From positions 873 through 64,872 of the forward strand of contig JANOWU010000037.1 in NCBI GenBank assembly GCA_031418035.1: 64,000 nucleotides of DNA, in the 5' to 3' direction. The translations under genes and the position numbers were made by a program. This stretch comes from Acidimicrobiia bacterium (GTDB lineage: Bacteria; Actinomycetota; Acidimicrobiia; Acidimicrobiales; JANYDT01). The notes under the pieces are model-generated. The model ran no database searches, was not told the DNA's origin, and was given only the letters and a program-made list of their open reading frames with translations. This document shows positions 54,652-63,559 of this stretch, piece by piece (within the stretch, counting starts at the first letter, position 1; every line of letters starts with the position of its first letter).

Positions 54652-56831
54652 CGTCGCTGGGTTCGCTGGGGAGGTGGTTTCGTGGTGTTGGCCGGATGGC
54701 GCAGCGCCGAGCGTTTGCGGTTGTTCTGAGAGATCGTGGCGGCCCACCATATCCCCAGGAAGAGGAGGGATCCTGCGGTTAAGGCCTTTCCGAGCGCTCC
54801 GATAGACGTTGCCTGCAGTGTGTAGCGGGTGCGGGAGAACTCGTAGCCGCTTGGTGTTTGGAGGCGTACGAGCATGGAGTAGCGACCCGGTCCTTTCGTG
54901 GCAACTGTTACGGGCTGTTCGTGGACCCGGCCGGAAATGCTGATGAGTTCCTGCAGGACTTGACGCGCCGGAACGTTGGGGTCTCGCTTGGCACGGGGAA
55001 GGTCTGCGTTCTCGGTTTCGACGATCATCGAGATGGTGATCGGTCGTCCGGTGTCGTTGACGAGCGAAATCGGAATTTCTTGGGACCGAGCCGTGAGGGT
55101 CACTCGGCGTGAGCTTTGATTCGCGACTCGATCGAGGAGTCGGTCGAACTCCGTTCGGACGGCTTTTGTTGCTGCGCTGCGCTGGGCTTCGGTGAAGTCG
55201 TTGGCGAGGAGTGTTGCTGCCTCGCGTCGGAGGTTTGCGATTTCGGCAGCCGTCCTGGCCTGCTGGGGGTCGGGGCCGGCTGCGCCAAAGAGCGATGCAT
55301 ATCCGGTGTTGCGCTCGTCGATGGCGGCATAGTTCGCAATTGTGTTGTTTCGTCGTTGAAGTAGTCGACCGTCGTTGGTGCTCGGTGCCGAGCGTGGCGT
55401 GTACAGCACTGGCGCACCGTCGCTGTCTCGGTGGGGCGGGCTATCGAAGAGCGTGGTGACAAGCGTGGGGGCAAGGCGTGACGACGCGGCGAGTTCGTTG
55501 AGTACAGCGACGAGCGTCGCCTGTGTGGTCTCGGGAGGAACGGCGATAGGCGTGCCTCGTTGTGCGACATCGCGGGTAAGGGTTTCGATGAGGGCGAGTT
55601 CGGCGATGACGTGTTGGGCCCGCAGCTGATCGTCGCTGGTCGACGTTCGTCCGGGCATCTTCTTGGTGAAACGTTGCGCGACGGCGTCGTCGAGGACCAC
55701 GGCCGGACGGGCGGCCGTTGTATTGCCGCTGCGCGCGCCCGGGTCAACGATGATCGGGGTAGCGAGCGGAAGGTCGTCGGGTGATCCTTCGAGCGCGTTG
55801 GGACCGACGATGAGTCGTGTGATGTTGAGTTCATCGAGAGTTTGATCCGAGTTCAAGAGTGCTGGCGCAATCATGATTCCGTCGACGGGATCTCGGCTCA
55901 ATCGTTGTTTCAGCGATGCTGCGCCGAGCGCGAAGAGCGCCCGGCGATAGGGCTGGAACGACGCATCATCGATGATCTCAGGTACGACGCGTACATAGGG
56001 GTTTGACAGAACCTCTCGGTCGGGGAGGACGAGTCGAAGGAGGTCCAGGAGCCCGTTCGGTTCGGTTTTTCCGTCGTCGTTGGTTGGTTCGAGCTGGTCG
56101 AGGCTCTGGGGGACCGCGACGATGGAGAGCGGGACCTGACGTTGTGATGCCAAGGCCTCGACCATGGAGATCAGTGATCGTGCGGACTGTACGGGTGCGA
56201 TGTCTCGTGCCGATTTGATTGATGGTGCGGCCTGTAACGGGACCAGGAGGCCGACCTGAAGCCTGCTCGTGACTGTGCCAGGGACTGTGCCGGTAACGAA
56301 TGTGGTGAACCGGTCGACAGTTTCCTCGTCGACGTTGCGCAGTTCAACGCTGACGGGGTAGACGCCGTCGCCGATGTTGATGCACAGCGGACACTGGACC
56401 GATGGTATTCCAACGGGTATCCGAACGCTTGTCACGACGAGGTCTTCGGTCCCTCGGGCGTCGGGCGTCCTTGTACTGACAAATCCGATTGGCGAGCCGA
56501 AGTCGGCGGAGTCGGCGGCCTGTGTAAAGGCAGCCCTGGTTCGAACTCGCTGAAATACGGTGAGTGCAATCCGAGAGCCTTTGAGGGGTTGCGTGCCCTC
56601 GAGAAGCAAATCGAGCACGAACCCATCGGGTCCGAGAAGGTCAGTTGGTGCGGTGGTGAGGTCGGTACTGGTTGCGGTGGGTGGTATGAACTCGCGGCGT
56701 TGGGCGACCAGCGAAACTCTCGGCGGGGGTTTGGCTACCTGTGCCTCGGCGGGTTCGGTTGCGGCGAGCATGAGCACCTGCAGCACCGTGAAGAAGACGG
56801 CCACGATCGCGCGTCGATGAAGGCGCGTCAT
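54648..56831 (-). CDS. Large conserved actinobacterial secreted/membrane-anchored protein (Rv3909-like; possibly DUF6049 family)
   Basis: The start MTRLHRRAIVAVFF... (signal-like) at 56831 forms an ATGA overlap with the GNAT gene stop. There is a C-terminal TM segment, ALTAGSLLFLGIWWAATI. Its position upstream of murJ matches mycobacterial synteny. The family name is from memory and unverified. Confidence 0.6.
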   Translation of the reverse strand: MTRLHRRAIVAVFFTVLQVLMLAATEPAEAQVAKPPPRVSLVAQRREFIPPTATSTDLTTAPTDLLGPDGFVLDLLLEGTQPLKGSRIALTVFQRVRTRAAFTQAADSADFGSPIGFVSTRTPDARGTEDLVVTSVRIPVGIPSVQCPLCINIGDGVYPVSVELRNVDEETVDRFTTFVTGTVPGTVTSRLQVGLLVPLQAAPSIKSARDIAPVQSARSLISMVEALASQRQVPLSIVAVPQSLDQLEPTNDDGKTEPNGLLDLLRLVLPDREVLSNPYVRVVPEIIDDASFQPYRRALFALGAASLKQRLSRDPVDGIMIAPALLNSDQTLDELNITRLIVGPNALEGSPDDLPLATPIIVDPGARSGNTTAARPAVVLDDAVAQRFTKKMPGRTSTSDDQLRAQHVIAELALIETLTRDVAQRGTPIAVPPETTQATLVAVLNELAASSRLAPTLVTTLFDSPPHRDSDGAPVLYTPRSAPSTNDGRLLQRRNNTIANYAAIDERNTGYASLFGAAGPDPQQARTAAEIANLRREAATLLANDFTEAQRSAATKAVRTEFDRLLDRVANQSSRRVTLTARSQEIPISLVNDTGRPITISMIVETENADLPRAKRDPNVPARQVLQELISISGRVHEQPVTVATKGPGRYSMLVRLQTPSGYEFSRTRYTLQATSIGALGKALTAGSLLFLGIWWAATISQNNRKRSALRHPANTTKPPPQRTQRR

Positions 56832-57679
56832 AGCGGCCCTTCGTGTTGCGCCGGCCGGTCGTCGAAGCAGTCGGTCGGTGTCATGGCTTTGTGTTCCATG
56901 ATGCACAGCTCCATGGGTGACAGCTCGAAGCCGAGTGAGGTGTAGAGATGAAGCGCAGATTTGTTCCCGTGTTCGGTATTGACGACGACGCGTTGCACAC
57001 GACGGAGCCGGCACCAGCCGAATCCGTCGAGAATGAGGTGACGACCGACTCCTTGACCCTGTGCGGAGGGGTGAACGGCGAGGCGCTGCAGATATCCTCG
57101 GCGGTCGGCTCGACCGAACAGGACGAACCCGACGACGTCGCCGTTGACCCGAGCGACGCGCAGACGGGAGGAGGGCGTCGCCCGGAAGGCACTTGCGAGT
57201 TCCAGGGCGTCCATCTCGTGGCCCGCCCCGAAGGCGGCGAGATCCGTGGCCAGCACGGCCTCTTCGTGGCGGGGGCGAAACGTGGTGAGCTGCACCATTG
57301 CGGGCACGGTCTTCGCCGATGCCAACGGCGCGGTCGTGCGCAGATCCGCCACCAGGAGGTGGAGACTGGTACGAGTTTGGAATCCAGCGTCGGTAAAGGC
57401 CAGGCATTCGTCAGGGGTAAGGGCGGGGGAGGCGACTCGGATGTTGCGACCGTAGAGCTGACGGGCGACGCCGGTTGCCGACGCGATGAATGGCCCGGTC
57501 AGCGTATGCGATCCGGGTTGCGGCATGAGCACCGCCCAGGTCTCGCCGTTCGTGTGACGAGACTCAACGATGACACTTTCGTTGTCTCGTCTGACGATCT
57601 GGCTGCGCGGGACTGGCAATGGCGCCGAAAATGGTTCCTGGCGAGCGATCGACGTCAGAGCTGACTGCGTCGGATGCAT
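56828..57679 (-). CDS. GNAT family N-acetyltransferase
   Basis: Acetyl-CoA binding motif LQRLAVHPSAQGQGVGRHL in the C-terminal half. A length of 283 aa suggests a tandem or extended GNAT fold. Confidence 0.75.
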   Translation of the reverse strand: MHPTQSALTSIARQEPFSAPLPVPRSQIVRRDNESVIVESRHTNGETWAVLMPQPGSHTLTGPFIASATGVARQLYGRNIRVASPALTPDECLAFTDAGFQTRTSLHLLVADLRTTAPLASAKTVPAMVQLTTFRPRHEEAVLATDLAAFGAGHEMDALELASAFRATPSSRLRVARVNGDVVGFVLFGRADRRGYLQRLAVHPSAQGQGVGRHLILDGFGWCRLRRVQRVVVNTEHGNKSALHLYTSLGFELSPMELCIMEHKAMTPTDCFDDRPAQHEGPL

Positions 57680-57693
57680 TCACGAAAGGATAG

Positions 57694-59190
57694 GTGGCGA
57701 CTGTGGAGCGTGAGCGAACCTGTCGAATCGAACCCTCCGGACCCGAAATGACCGGTAGCGTGGCTGGCGTGGTGCCAGAACGTTTCCAGTCGATCCTCCG
57801 TGAGACCCGACCGTTGGCCGAAGCGTTCGATGCCCGCGGCTTTACCCTCTATCTGGTCGGCGGGGTAGTGCGAGACACGATGCTCGGCCGTAATCGGGTG
57901 GCACCCGATATTGATTGCACGACGGATGCCTCGCCGGACGAGATTGAGGCGATTCTCCGCTCGATGAAGCCGGAGTCACTGTGGACGGTGGGCAAGAAGT
58001 TCGGCACGATCGGTGCCATGCTGCGAACCGGTTCGGGTTCTGCTCCGAAGGGCGGTCCGGTGCGGCCGATCGAGGTCACCACGCACCGCGCTGAGGCGTA
58101 TCACCCGGAGTCACGCAAACCCGATGTCGAATTCTCGACTGACATTGCGGCTGATCTTTCTCGGCGGGATTTCACGGTCAACGCAATGGCCCTGTCGGTG
58201 TTGGGCCTGGAGCTGATCGACCCGTTCAACGGAGCGATCGATCTGGCTGGCGGTGTCTTACGCACGCCGCTGTCGCCGAGTCTGAGCTTCACCGACGATC
58301 CGCTGCGGATGCTGCGCGCAGCGCGTTTCATCGCGGGCTATGAGTTGAAGCCCGATGCCGAGTTGATAGGGGCGGTGCGCGAATTCGGCGAGCGCTTGGC
58401 GATTGTGTCGGCAGAGCGTATTCGTGACGAACTTGACAAGTTGATGGTCACGCCTGATCCGAGCGCGGGTCTGTGGTTCCTGGTCGACACGAATTTAGCG
58501 ACCTACTTTCTGCCGGAGCTGCCGGCGATGGCGCTCGAGCAGGATCCGATTCATCGGCATAAGGACGTTCTTGCCCACACGCTTGCGGTTGTGGCGAACA
58601 CCAGTCCGGACCGGGTGTTGCGCCTCGCCGCGTTGCTCCACGACATTGCGAAACCAAAGACTCGTTCTATCGGTCCGAACGGGGTCAGCTTTCACCATCA
58701 CGATATCGTCGGTGCACGTATGGCCCGCGACCGCCTGCGGGCGCTGAAGTACTCCAACGACGATGTAGCTGACATCAGCGAGTTGGTGGCCCTGCACCTC
58801 CGGTTCCACACATACTCGATGGGTTGGACCGATTCGGCGGTCCGTCGCTACGTCCGTGACGCCGGACCGCTGCTCGACAAGTTGAACGAACTGACCCGGT
58901 GCGACTGCACAACGCGCAACCCGAAGAAGGCCGAGCGGTTAGCAAAGCGGATGGATGATCTCGAGGCGCGCATTGCGGAGTTGCGTGCCCAGGAGGAGAT
59001 TGATTCGATTCGTCCCGATCTGGATGGGAATGCGGTGATGGACTATTTGGGTGCCGGCCCGGGACGTCATATCGGTGAGGCGTTGTCCATGCTCCTTGAG
59101 GCGCGCATGGAGGACGGTCCCCTCGGCGAAGAAGAGGCGAAGCGTCGACTCGATATGTGGTGGGCGAAGCGTTGCGGAACGACTTCGTGA
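57694..59190 (+). CDS. cca: CCA tRNA nucleotidyltransferase (PcnA-like, with HD domain)
   Basis: LYLVGGVVRD...DIDCTT, RRDFTVNAMA and HD region HRHKDVLAHTL...LLHDIAKP. The start may be GTG at 57694 or ATG at 57748. Confidence 0.9.
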   Translation: MATVERERTCRIEPSGPEMTGSVAGVVPERFQSILRETRPLAEAFDARGFTLYLVGGVVRDTMLGRNRVAPDIDCTTDASPDEIEAILRSMKPESLWTVGKKFGTIGAMLRTGSGSAPKGGPVRPIEVTTHRAEAYHPESRKPDVEFSTDIAADLSRRDFTVNAMALSVLGLELIDPFNGAIDLAGGVLRTPLSPSLSFTDDPLRMLRAARFIAGYELKPDAELIGAVREFGERLAIVSAERIRDELDKLMVTPDPSAGLWFLVDTNLATYFLPELPAMALEQDPIHRHKDVLAHTLAVVANTSPDRVLRLAALLHDIAKPKTRSIGPNGVSFHHHDIVGARMARDRLRALKYSNDDVADISELVALHLRFHTYSMGWTDSAVRRYVRDAGPLLDKLNELTRCDCTTRNPKKAERLAKRMDDLEARIAELRAQEEIDSIRPDLDGNAVMDYLGAGPGRHIGEALSMLLEARMEDGPLGEEEAKRRLDMWWAKRCGTTS

Positions 59191-59240
59191 TCTCGGACCT
59201 CGTGATCTCGCACCTCGTGATCTCGCACCTCGTGATCTCA
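59186..59240. repeat. 15-bp tandem repeat CGTGATCTCGSACCT x3.7, starting on the cca stop codon
   Basis: Read directly at 59186-59200, 59201-59215, 59216-59230, with a partial copy at 59231-59240. The cca TGA is at 59188-59190. Confidence 0.9.
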
Positions 59241-59263
59241 GGGAAGGCGAACCGGTTTAGCAA

Positions 59264-59854
59264 ATGCGGGTTCTGGTAGTTCAGGCGCATCCGCATGCGG
59301 AGAGCTTCAACCAAGCGATTTGCGAGGTGGCAATCCGCTCGCTGCAGGCGAACGGTCACGCCGTTGACCTCATTGATCTGTACGCAGAGGGTTTTGTGGC
59401 CGCGATGTCTGCGGCGGAGCGTCTCGCCTATGAATGCCCGGAACCAATTCTTTCGGAACAGGTGCGTCGCCATGCGGCGCTCGTGGGCCAGGCGGACGCC
59501 GTCGTGTTCGTGTATCCAACCTGGTGGTTCGGTGTGCCGGCGGTCTTGAAGGGTTGGTTGGATCGGGTGATGGTACCCGGTGTTGCCTTCCGGCTGGATG
59601 CCAAGACCAACAAAGTGAAAAGGGGTCTCGGCAACGTACGGCGCATCGCCGGCATAACGACGTACGGCTCGTCGCGCTGCAACGTTGCGCTGATGTCCGA
59701 CGGCGGACGGCGTCTGATCGGTCGTTGTTTCCGGTTGATGACACATACATGGTGTCGTCGGACGTGGTTGGGCTTGTATGACATGGACCGGGCGACCGAT
59801 GCCGATCGCCAGCGCTTCCTCGAACGAGTCGCTGAGGTGATGGGTTCATGGTGA
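59264..59854 (+). CDS. NAD(P)H-dependent oxidoreductase (flavodoxin-like fold, quinone reductase type)
   Basis: MRVLVVQAHPHAESFNQAI...VFVYPTWWFGVPAVLKGWLDRV is typical of the Flavodoxin_2 / NQO family. Confidence 0.8.
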   Translation: MRVLVVQAHPHAESFNQAICEVAIRSLQANGHAVDLIDLYAEGFVAAMSAAERLAYECPEPILSEQVRRHAALVGQADAVVFVYPTWWFGVPAVLKGWLDRVMVPGVAFRLDAKTNKVKRGLGNVRRIAGITTYGSSRCNVALMSDGGRRLIGRCFRLMTHTWCRRTWLGLYDMDRATDADRQRFLERVAEVMGSW

Positions 59855-60456
59855 CATCCGGCCGAGCGAGTCGCACGTTGGTGGTGATTGCGCACCCGGT
59901 TGACGGATCTTTCGTAAGTTCACTTGCGAAAGTCGTGGTCGAGGCTCGCCGCAAACGCGGCGACGAGGTTCGGGTGATTGACCTCTATGGCATGTCGTTT
60001 GATCCGATGCTGAGTCAGCAGGACTGGCTTCACAAGGAGGACCGAACCTATGCCGTGGCGGCGCACGCCGACCACGTCGAGATGCTTCGGTGGGCGACGT
60101 CACTGGTGCTGGTGTACCCAACGTGGTTCGGGGGGTTCCCGGCAATGCTGAAGGGTTGGTTCGATCGCGTCTGGTCGGTGGGCGTCGCGTACGAGATTCC
60201 GGCGAATCGCACGCGGATCCGCCGCGGGCTCACCAACATTCGTGAGATTGTGCTGGTGACAACGCACGGATCGTCGAAGTGGATGAACGTGGCGCAGGGC
60301 GAGCCGGGTAAGCATCTCGTGAGTCGGGGGCTTCGGGTGTTGTGTCACCGGCTGTGTCGTGTTCGATGGGTGGCGTTCTACGGAAACGACACGGCGTCGC
60401 CGCAGCAGCGTATGGATTTTCGACAGCGCGTCGCTGACGCGCTCGCCGCCCGGTAG
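59848..60456 (+). CDS. NAD(P)H-dependent oxidoreductase (paralog of the preceding gene)
   Basis: LVVIAHPVDGSFVSSL...LVLVYPTWFGGFPAMLKGWFDRV. The start ATG at 59848 overlaps the upstream stop (ATGGTGA). Confidence 0.8.
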   Translation: MVTSGRASRTLVVIAHPVDGSFVSSLAKVVVEARRKRGDEVRVIDLYGMSFDPMLSQQDWLHKEDRTYAVAAHADHVEMLRWATSLVLVYPTWFGGFPAMLKGWFDRVWSVGVAYEIPANRTRIRRGLTNIREIVLVTTHGSSKWMNVAQGEPGKHLVSRGLRVLCHRLCRVRWVAFYGNDTASPQQRMDFRQRVADALAAR

Positions 60457-60465
60457 CGTTGTCCG

Positions 60466-60870
60466 GTGACCTTTCGACCTGACGTTGTGCGCGGATCCGG
60501 CGACGAGGCGCCTGGGTCGGTTGACTATCGGTTAGCTCGGCGTCATCTGATTAACGAGTTCAAACGCGGCCGACTGTCGCGTCTTGATATCTGCGACGCC
60601 CATCCCGAGTTGATTCGGGCGGCGGTAAACGTTGGGGCCGTGCAGGAAGAGGTGTGCCCGATTTGTGAGGAGTCTCCTCTGATGAACGTGAGTTATGTCT
60701 TCGGTGGCCGTCTTCCCAGTTTCGGGCGCTGTATTACGAAGGCATCGGAGATTGCCCACTTCCGCCGCCAAACCGGTCCGTACACTTGTTATGTGGTCGA
60801 GGTCTGCTCGAACTGCCGATGGAATCATCTGGCGAAGCTTTTTCAACTCGGACGATCGAGTGGCAAGTAG
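60466..60870 (+). CDS. Conserved Cys-rich small protein (CPIC...CSNC zinc-ribbon-like; DUF5318-like, typically upstream of a PBP in actinobacteria)
   Basis: 134 aa with VDYRLARRHLINEFKRGRLSR.DICDAHPEL and two CxxC pairs. The family name is from memory and unverified. Confidence 0.6.
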   Translation: MTFRPDVVRGSGDEAPGSVDYRLARRHLINEFKRGRLSRLDICDAHPELIRAAVNVGAVQEEVCPICEESPLMNVSYVFGGRLPSFGRCITKASEIAHFRRQTGPYTCYVVEVCSNCRWNHLAKLFQLGRSSGK

Positions 60871-63088
60871 ACGCGACACCGATGGCGGGTTACGTCCTCG
60901 GAGGGGGTTCTTCCGACGCCTGATTCGTCGGTTGGTGGTGGTCGGCCTCGCGTTCTTTGTGGTGCTCTGCGGGGTTGGGTATTTGTATGTGCGCTTTGCA
61001 CCGGTACCGGCCGACAAGTTTCCGGTCCAAACGTCGTTCTTGTTTGACACGAAAGGGCAGAGGATCGCCGCGATCTCGGCGGGCGAGAATCGTGAGGTTC
61101 TGTCGATCGCGGAGATTCCGGTGGTGTTGCGATCCGCGGTTCTTGCGGCGGAGGATCGGCGCTTCTACAAGCACCGCGGGCTCGACCCCTTGGGCATCGG
61201 CCGGGCGTTGTGGCAAGACGTTCGCCACAGCGGACGGCGCCAGGGTGGGTCGACGATCACGCAGCAGTATGTAAAGAACGTGTACGTAGGACGTGACGCT
61301 ACGCTGGCGCGCAAGTTCAAGGAGGCCGCGATTGCGATCAAGCTTGAGCAGAAGCTGAGTAAAGACGAGATCCTGGAGCGCTACCTCAACACGATCTACT
61401 TCGGTCGTGGGGCCTACGGCGTGCAAGCCGCATCGCGGGCGTACTACGGCGTGGGTGTCGCGAAGCTCGATCTTCCAAAGGCGGCGTATCTTGCGGCGTT
61501 GATTCGTAGTCCGGAGCGAACCGATGCGATCAGGGCGCCCGACGTTGCCAAGCGTCGACGCGATTCTGTGCTGACGGCGATGGTTGGCACCGGAACCATC
61601 ACCCGGGCCGACGCCGACGGGGCAATAGCGTCACCGTTGGTCGGCGTGGGTGGGGTTCGACCGCGCAATATCCGCGGCACCGTGTACGACCAGGCGACGA
61701 TCGGTACGCAGTGGTTTATCGACGCCGTTCGCAAGGAGTTGGTAGACCGTTATGGCGAACAGGTAGTGCAAACGCAGGGTCTGAAGGTCAAGACGTCACT
61801 CGACCTCGACATTCAAAAGAGCGCATACGATGGTGCATATCGCGAGTTGCTTCCCGACGAGAGCGATCCGGCCGCGGCCGTTGTCGTGCTGGATCATCAG
61901 GCGCATGTGAAGGCGCTGGTCGGTGGACGCTCGTGGGCTGAATCGAAGGTGAACCTGGCACTGGGCACCGATGGCGGTGGGGAGGGCCGGCCTGCGGGTT
62001 CCACCTTCAAAACATTCGTTCTGGCCGCGATGCTTCGCAACGGTTACTCGTTGGAATCGGCGTTTCGCGGTCCGGCGTCGATCACGATTCCCTCCGCTGA
62101 TGGCGGTGTGGATTGGGTGGTGCGCAACACCAACGGTGACTCGTATGGGACCACGAACATGATCGACGCCACGCGGTTGTCGATCAACACCGTGTTTGCG
62201 CAAGCCGTGACGGCCGAGGACGGGGGCGCCGATCGTGTAGCCGAGGCGGCCGAGGCGGCGGGTGTGAAGTCGGAGCTTGTGCACGTGCCGAGCATTGCCC
62301 TGGGGACCTCGACTGTGTCGCCCCTAGAGATGGCGAATGCCTATCTCACGTTTGCGAACCACGGAATACGAAGTACACCTACGTTTGTGCTCTCGGTGAC
62401 GACCGCCGATGGTCGGTCGCTGCCGGTGGATCAACCGACGACGGTGGAGGCGTTCTCGGTCGAGGAGGCGGACACGATCACCAGTGTGCTGCGCGGCGTC
62501 GTGTCGAACGGTACGGGTCGGGCGGCCGCGGTGGCGGGTCGAGAGATTGCCGGCAAGACCGGTACAACGAATGACTATCGCGATGCGTGGTTTGTGGGGT
62601 ACACGCCGAAGGAGTGCTGTGTGACGGCGATCTGGATGGGCTACCCCGACGCGCAGCGCACGATGAGCAACGTCCACGGTGTCCGGGTTTCGGGTGGCAC
62701 GCTCCCCGCGCGATTGTTCGCGAAAGTGATGGTGGTCGCGGCACCGAAGGGCACGGGCACATTCGCCAGGGTCAAGTCCTATGCCGGCAAGCTGTTGGCG
62801 GGTGCTGACCGGGCCGGCGCGGGTTCGAGTCCCGGGTCAGGCGCGGTGTCGCGGCGACGACGGACGACGGTGGTTGGGGCGGAGCCCGGTGCTGATTCCG
62901 TTGCGCCGGTGCGTGTGGGCGCGGATGCGGTGGAGACGTTTGTGCCCGAGGTGAACCCGGGTGCCGCTGCGGTGCCTGCGGTGGTCGAAACGGTGGTGGT
63001 GCCGCCGCCCGTGGCGGACGTGGTGGCGACTGCGCCAACGGTGCCCCCTGTTCCCGCCGGCGATGCTGCCGTCACCTCGGTGGGTTAG
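60860..63088 (+). CDS. Class A penicillin-binding protein (glycosyltransferase GT51 + transpeptidase)
   Basis: GT51 motifs EDRRFYKHRGLD and GGSTITQQYVKN. Transpeptidase motifs STFK, SIN and KTGTT. N-terminal TM segment LVVVGLAFFVVLCGVGYL. I chose the GTG start at 60860; the longer track ORF (60695) overlaps the preceding gene in another frame. Confidence 0.9.
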   Translation: MASRRDTDGGLRPRRGFFRRLIRRLVVVGLAFFVVLCGVGYLYVRFAPVPADKFPVQTSFLFDTKGQRIAAISAGENREVLSIAEIPVVLRSAVLAAEDRRFYKHRGLDPLGIGRALWQDVRHSGRRQGGSTITQQYVKNVYVGRDATLARKFKEAAIAIKLEQKLSKDEILERYLNTIYFGRGAYGVQAASRAYYGVGVAKLDLPKAAYLAALIRSPERTDAIRAPDVAKRRRDSVLTAMVGTGTITRADADGAIASPLVGVGGVRPRNIRGTVYDQATIGTQWFIDAVRKELVDRYGEQVVQTQGLKVKTSLDLDIQKSAYDGAYRELLPDESDPAAAVVVLDHQAHVKALVGGRSWAESKVNLALGTDGGGEGRPAGSTFKTFVLAAMLRNGYSLESAFRGPASITIPSADGGVDWVVRNTNGDSYGTTNMIDATRLSINTVFAQAVTAEDGGADRVAEAAEAAGVKSELVHVPSIALGTSTVSPLEMANAYLTFANHGIRSTPTFVLSVTTADGRSLPVDQPTTVEAFSVEEADTITSVLRGVVSNGTGRAAAVAGREIAGKTGTTNDYRDAWFVGYTPKECCVTAIWMGYPDAQRTMSNVHGVRVSGGTLPARLFAKVMVVAAPKGTGTFARVKSYAGKLLAGADRAGAGSSPGSGAVSRRRRTTVVGAEPGADSVAPVRVGADAVETFVPEVNPGAAAVPAVVETVVVPPPVADVVATAPTVPPVPAGDAAVTSVG

Positions 63089-63300
63089 TCGGTCGGTTCG
63101 TCGGTCGCTGGGCAGCGCCATGTGCCGATACTGCGTCCGGCACGAGAAGCACAGCGTTCGATGCCGCCTGGATGGGTACCGGCACGTGGTGCAAACCCCT
63201 GAATTTGGAATCGGGTTGGCGGCGACGCGACCTCTCCGGCTGCGCCGCCGGCGCGTCCAGGCCATTGCCGACAGGGCTTTCGCGTTGGCAGCGATAATCA

Positions 63301-63355
63301 CATGGTGCCCTCACATGGTGCCCTCACATGGTGCCCCCACATGGTGCCCTCACAT
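63301..63355. repeat. 13-bp tandem repeat CATGGTGCCCTCA x4.2
   Basis: Read directly at 63301-63313, 63314-63326, 63327-63339 (variant ccccca) and 63340-63352, with a partial copy after. Confidence 0.9.
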
Positions 63356-63358
63356 TCG

Positions 63359-63428
63359 ACGGCAAGTTGCGACGGTAACGGCGAGTTCTCGTCGTCCACA
63401 TCCTGCCGGTGACGTCGCAACTTGCCGT
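63359..63428. repeat. Perfect 16-bp inverted repeat ACGGCAAGTTGCGACG / CGTCGCAACTTGCCGT with a 38-nt spacer
   Basis: Arms at 63359-63374 and 63413-63428, read directly. It lies immediately after the 13-bp tandem repeat and upstream of the HNH ORF. Confidence 0.85.
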
Positions 63429-63559
63429 TCAATGGAACTTGTGGGGGGACTGCTGGACCCCAGGTCGTGTTGATCGTTGGGCTCAGAGACTTCATTTGCC
63501 CAACCTGCGGCAGCCGGACCCAGTTCCGGTAGTTCGTCGTTTCGTTGTTTGAGTCGGCG

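Noticed and set aside
56832-57407. A 5' extension (192 codons) of the Rv3909-like ORF.
   Set aside because: It overlaps the GNAT gene in another frame and is Arg/Pro-rich. The signal-peptide-like start at 56831 forms an ATGA junction.
60695-60859. A 5' extension of the PBP ORF.
   Set aside because: It overlaps the well-formed Cys-rich small protein gene in another frame. A GTG at 60860 precedes the TM anchor.
62961-63473. A 170-aa plus-strand ORF and an 80-aa minus-strand ORF (63072..63314) downstream of the PBP.
   Set aside because: They have no motifs, overlap the PBP 3' end, and run through the 13-bp tandem repeat and the inverted repeat. They are probably non-coding.
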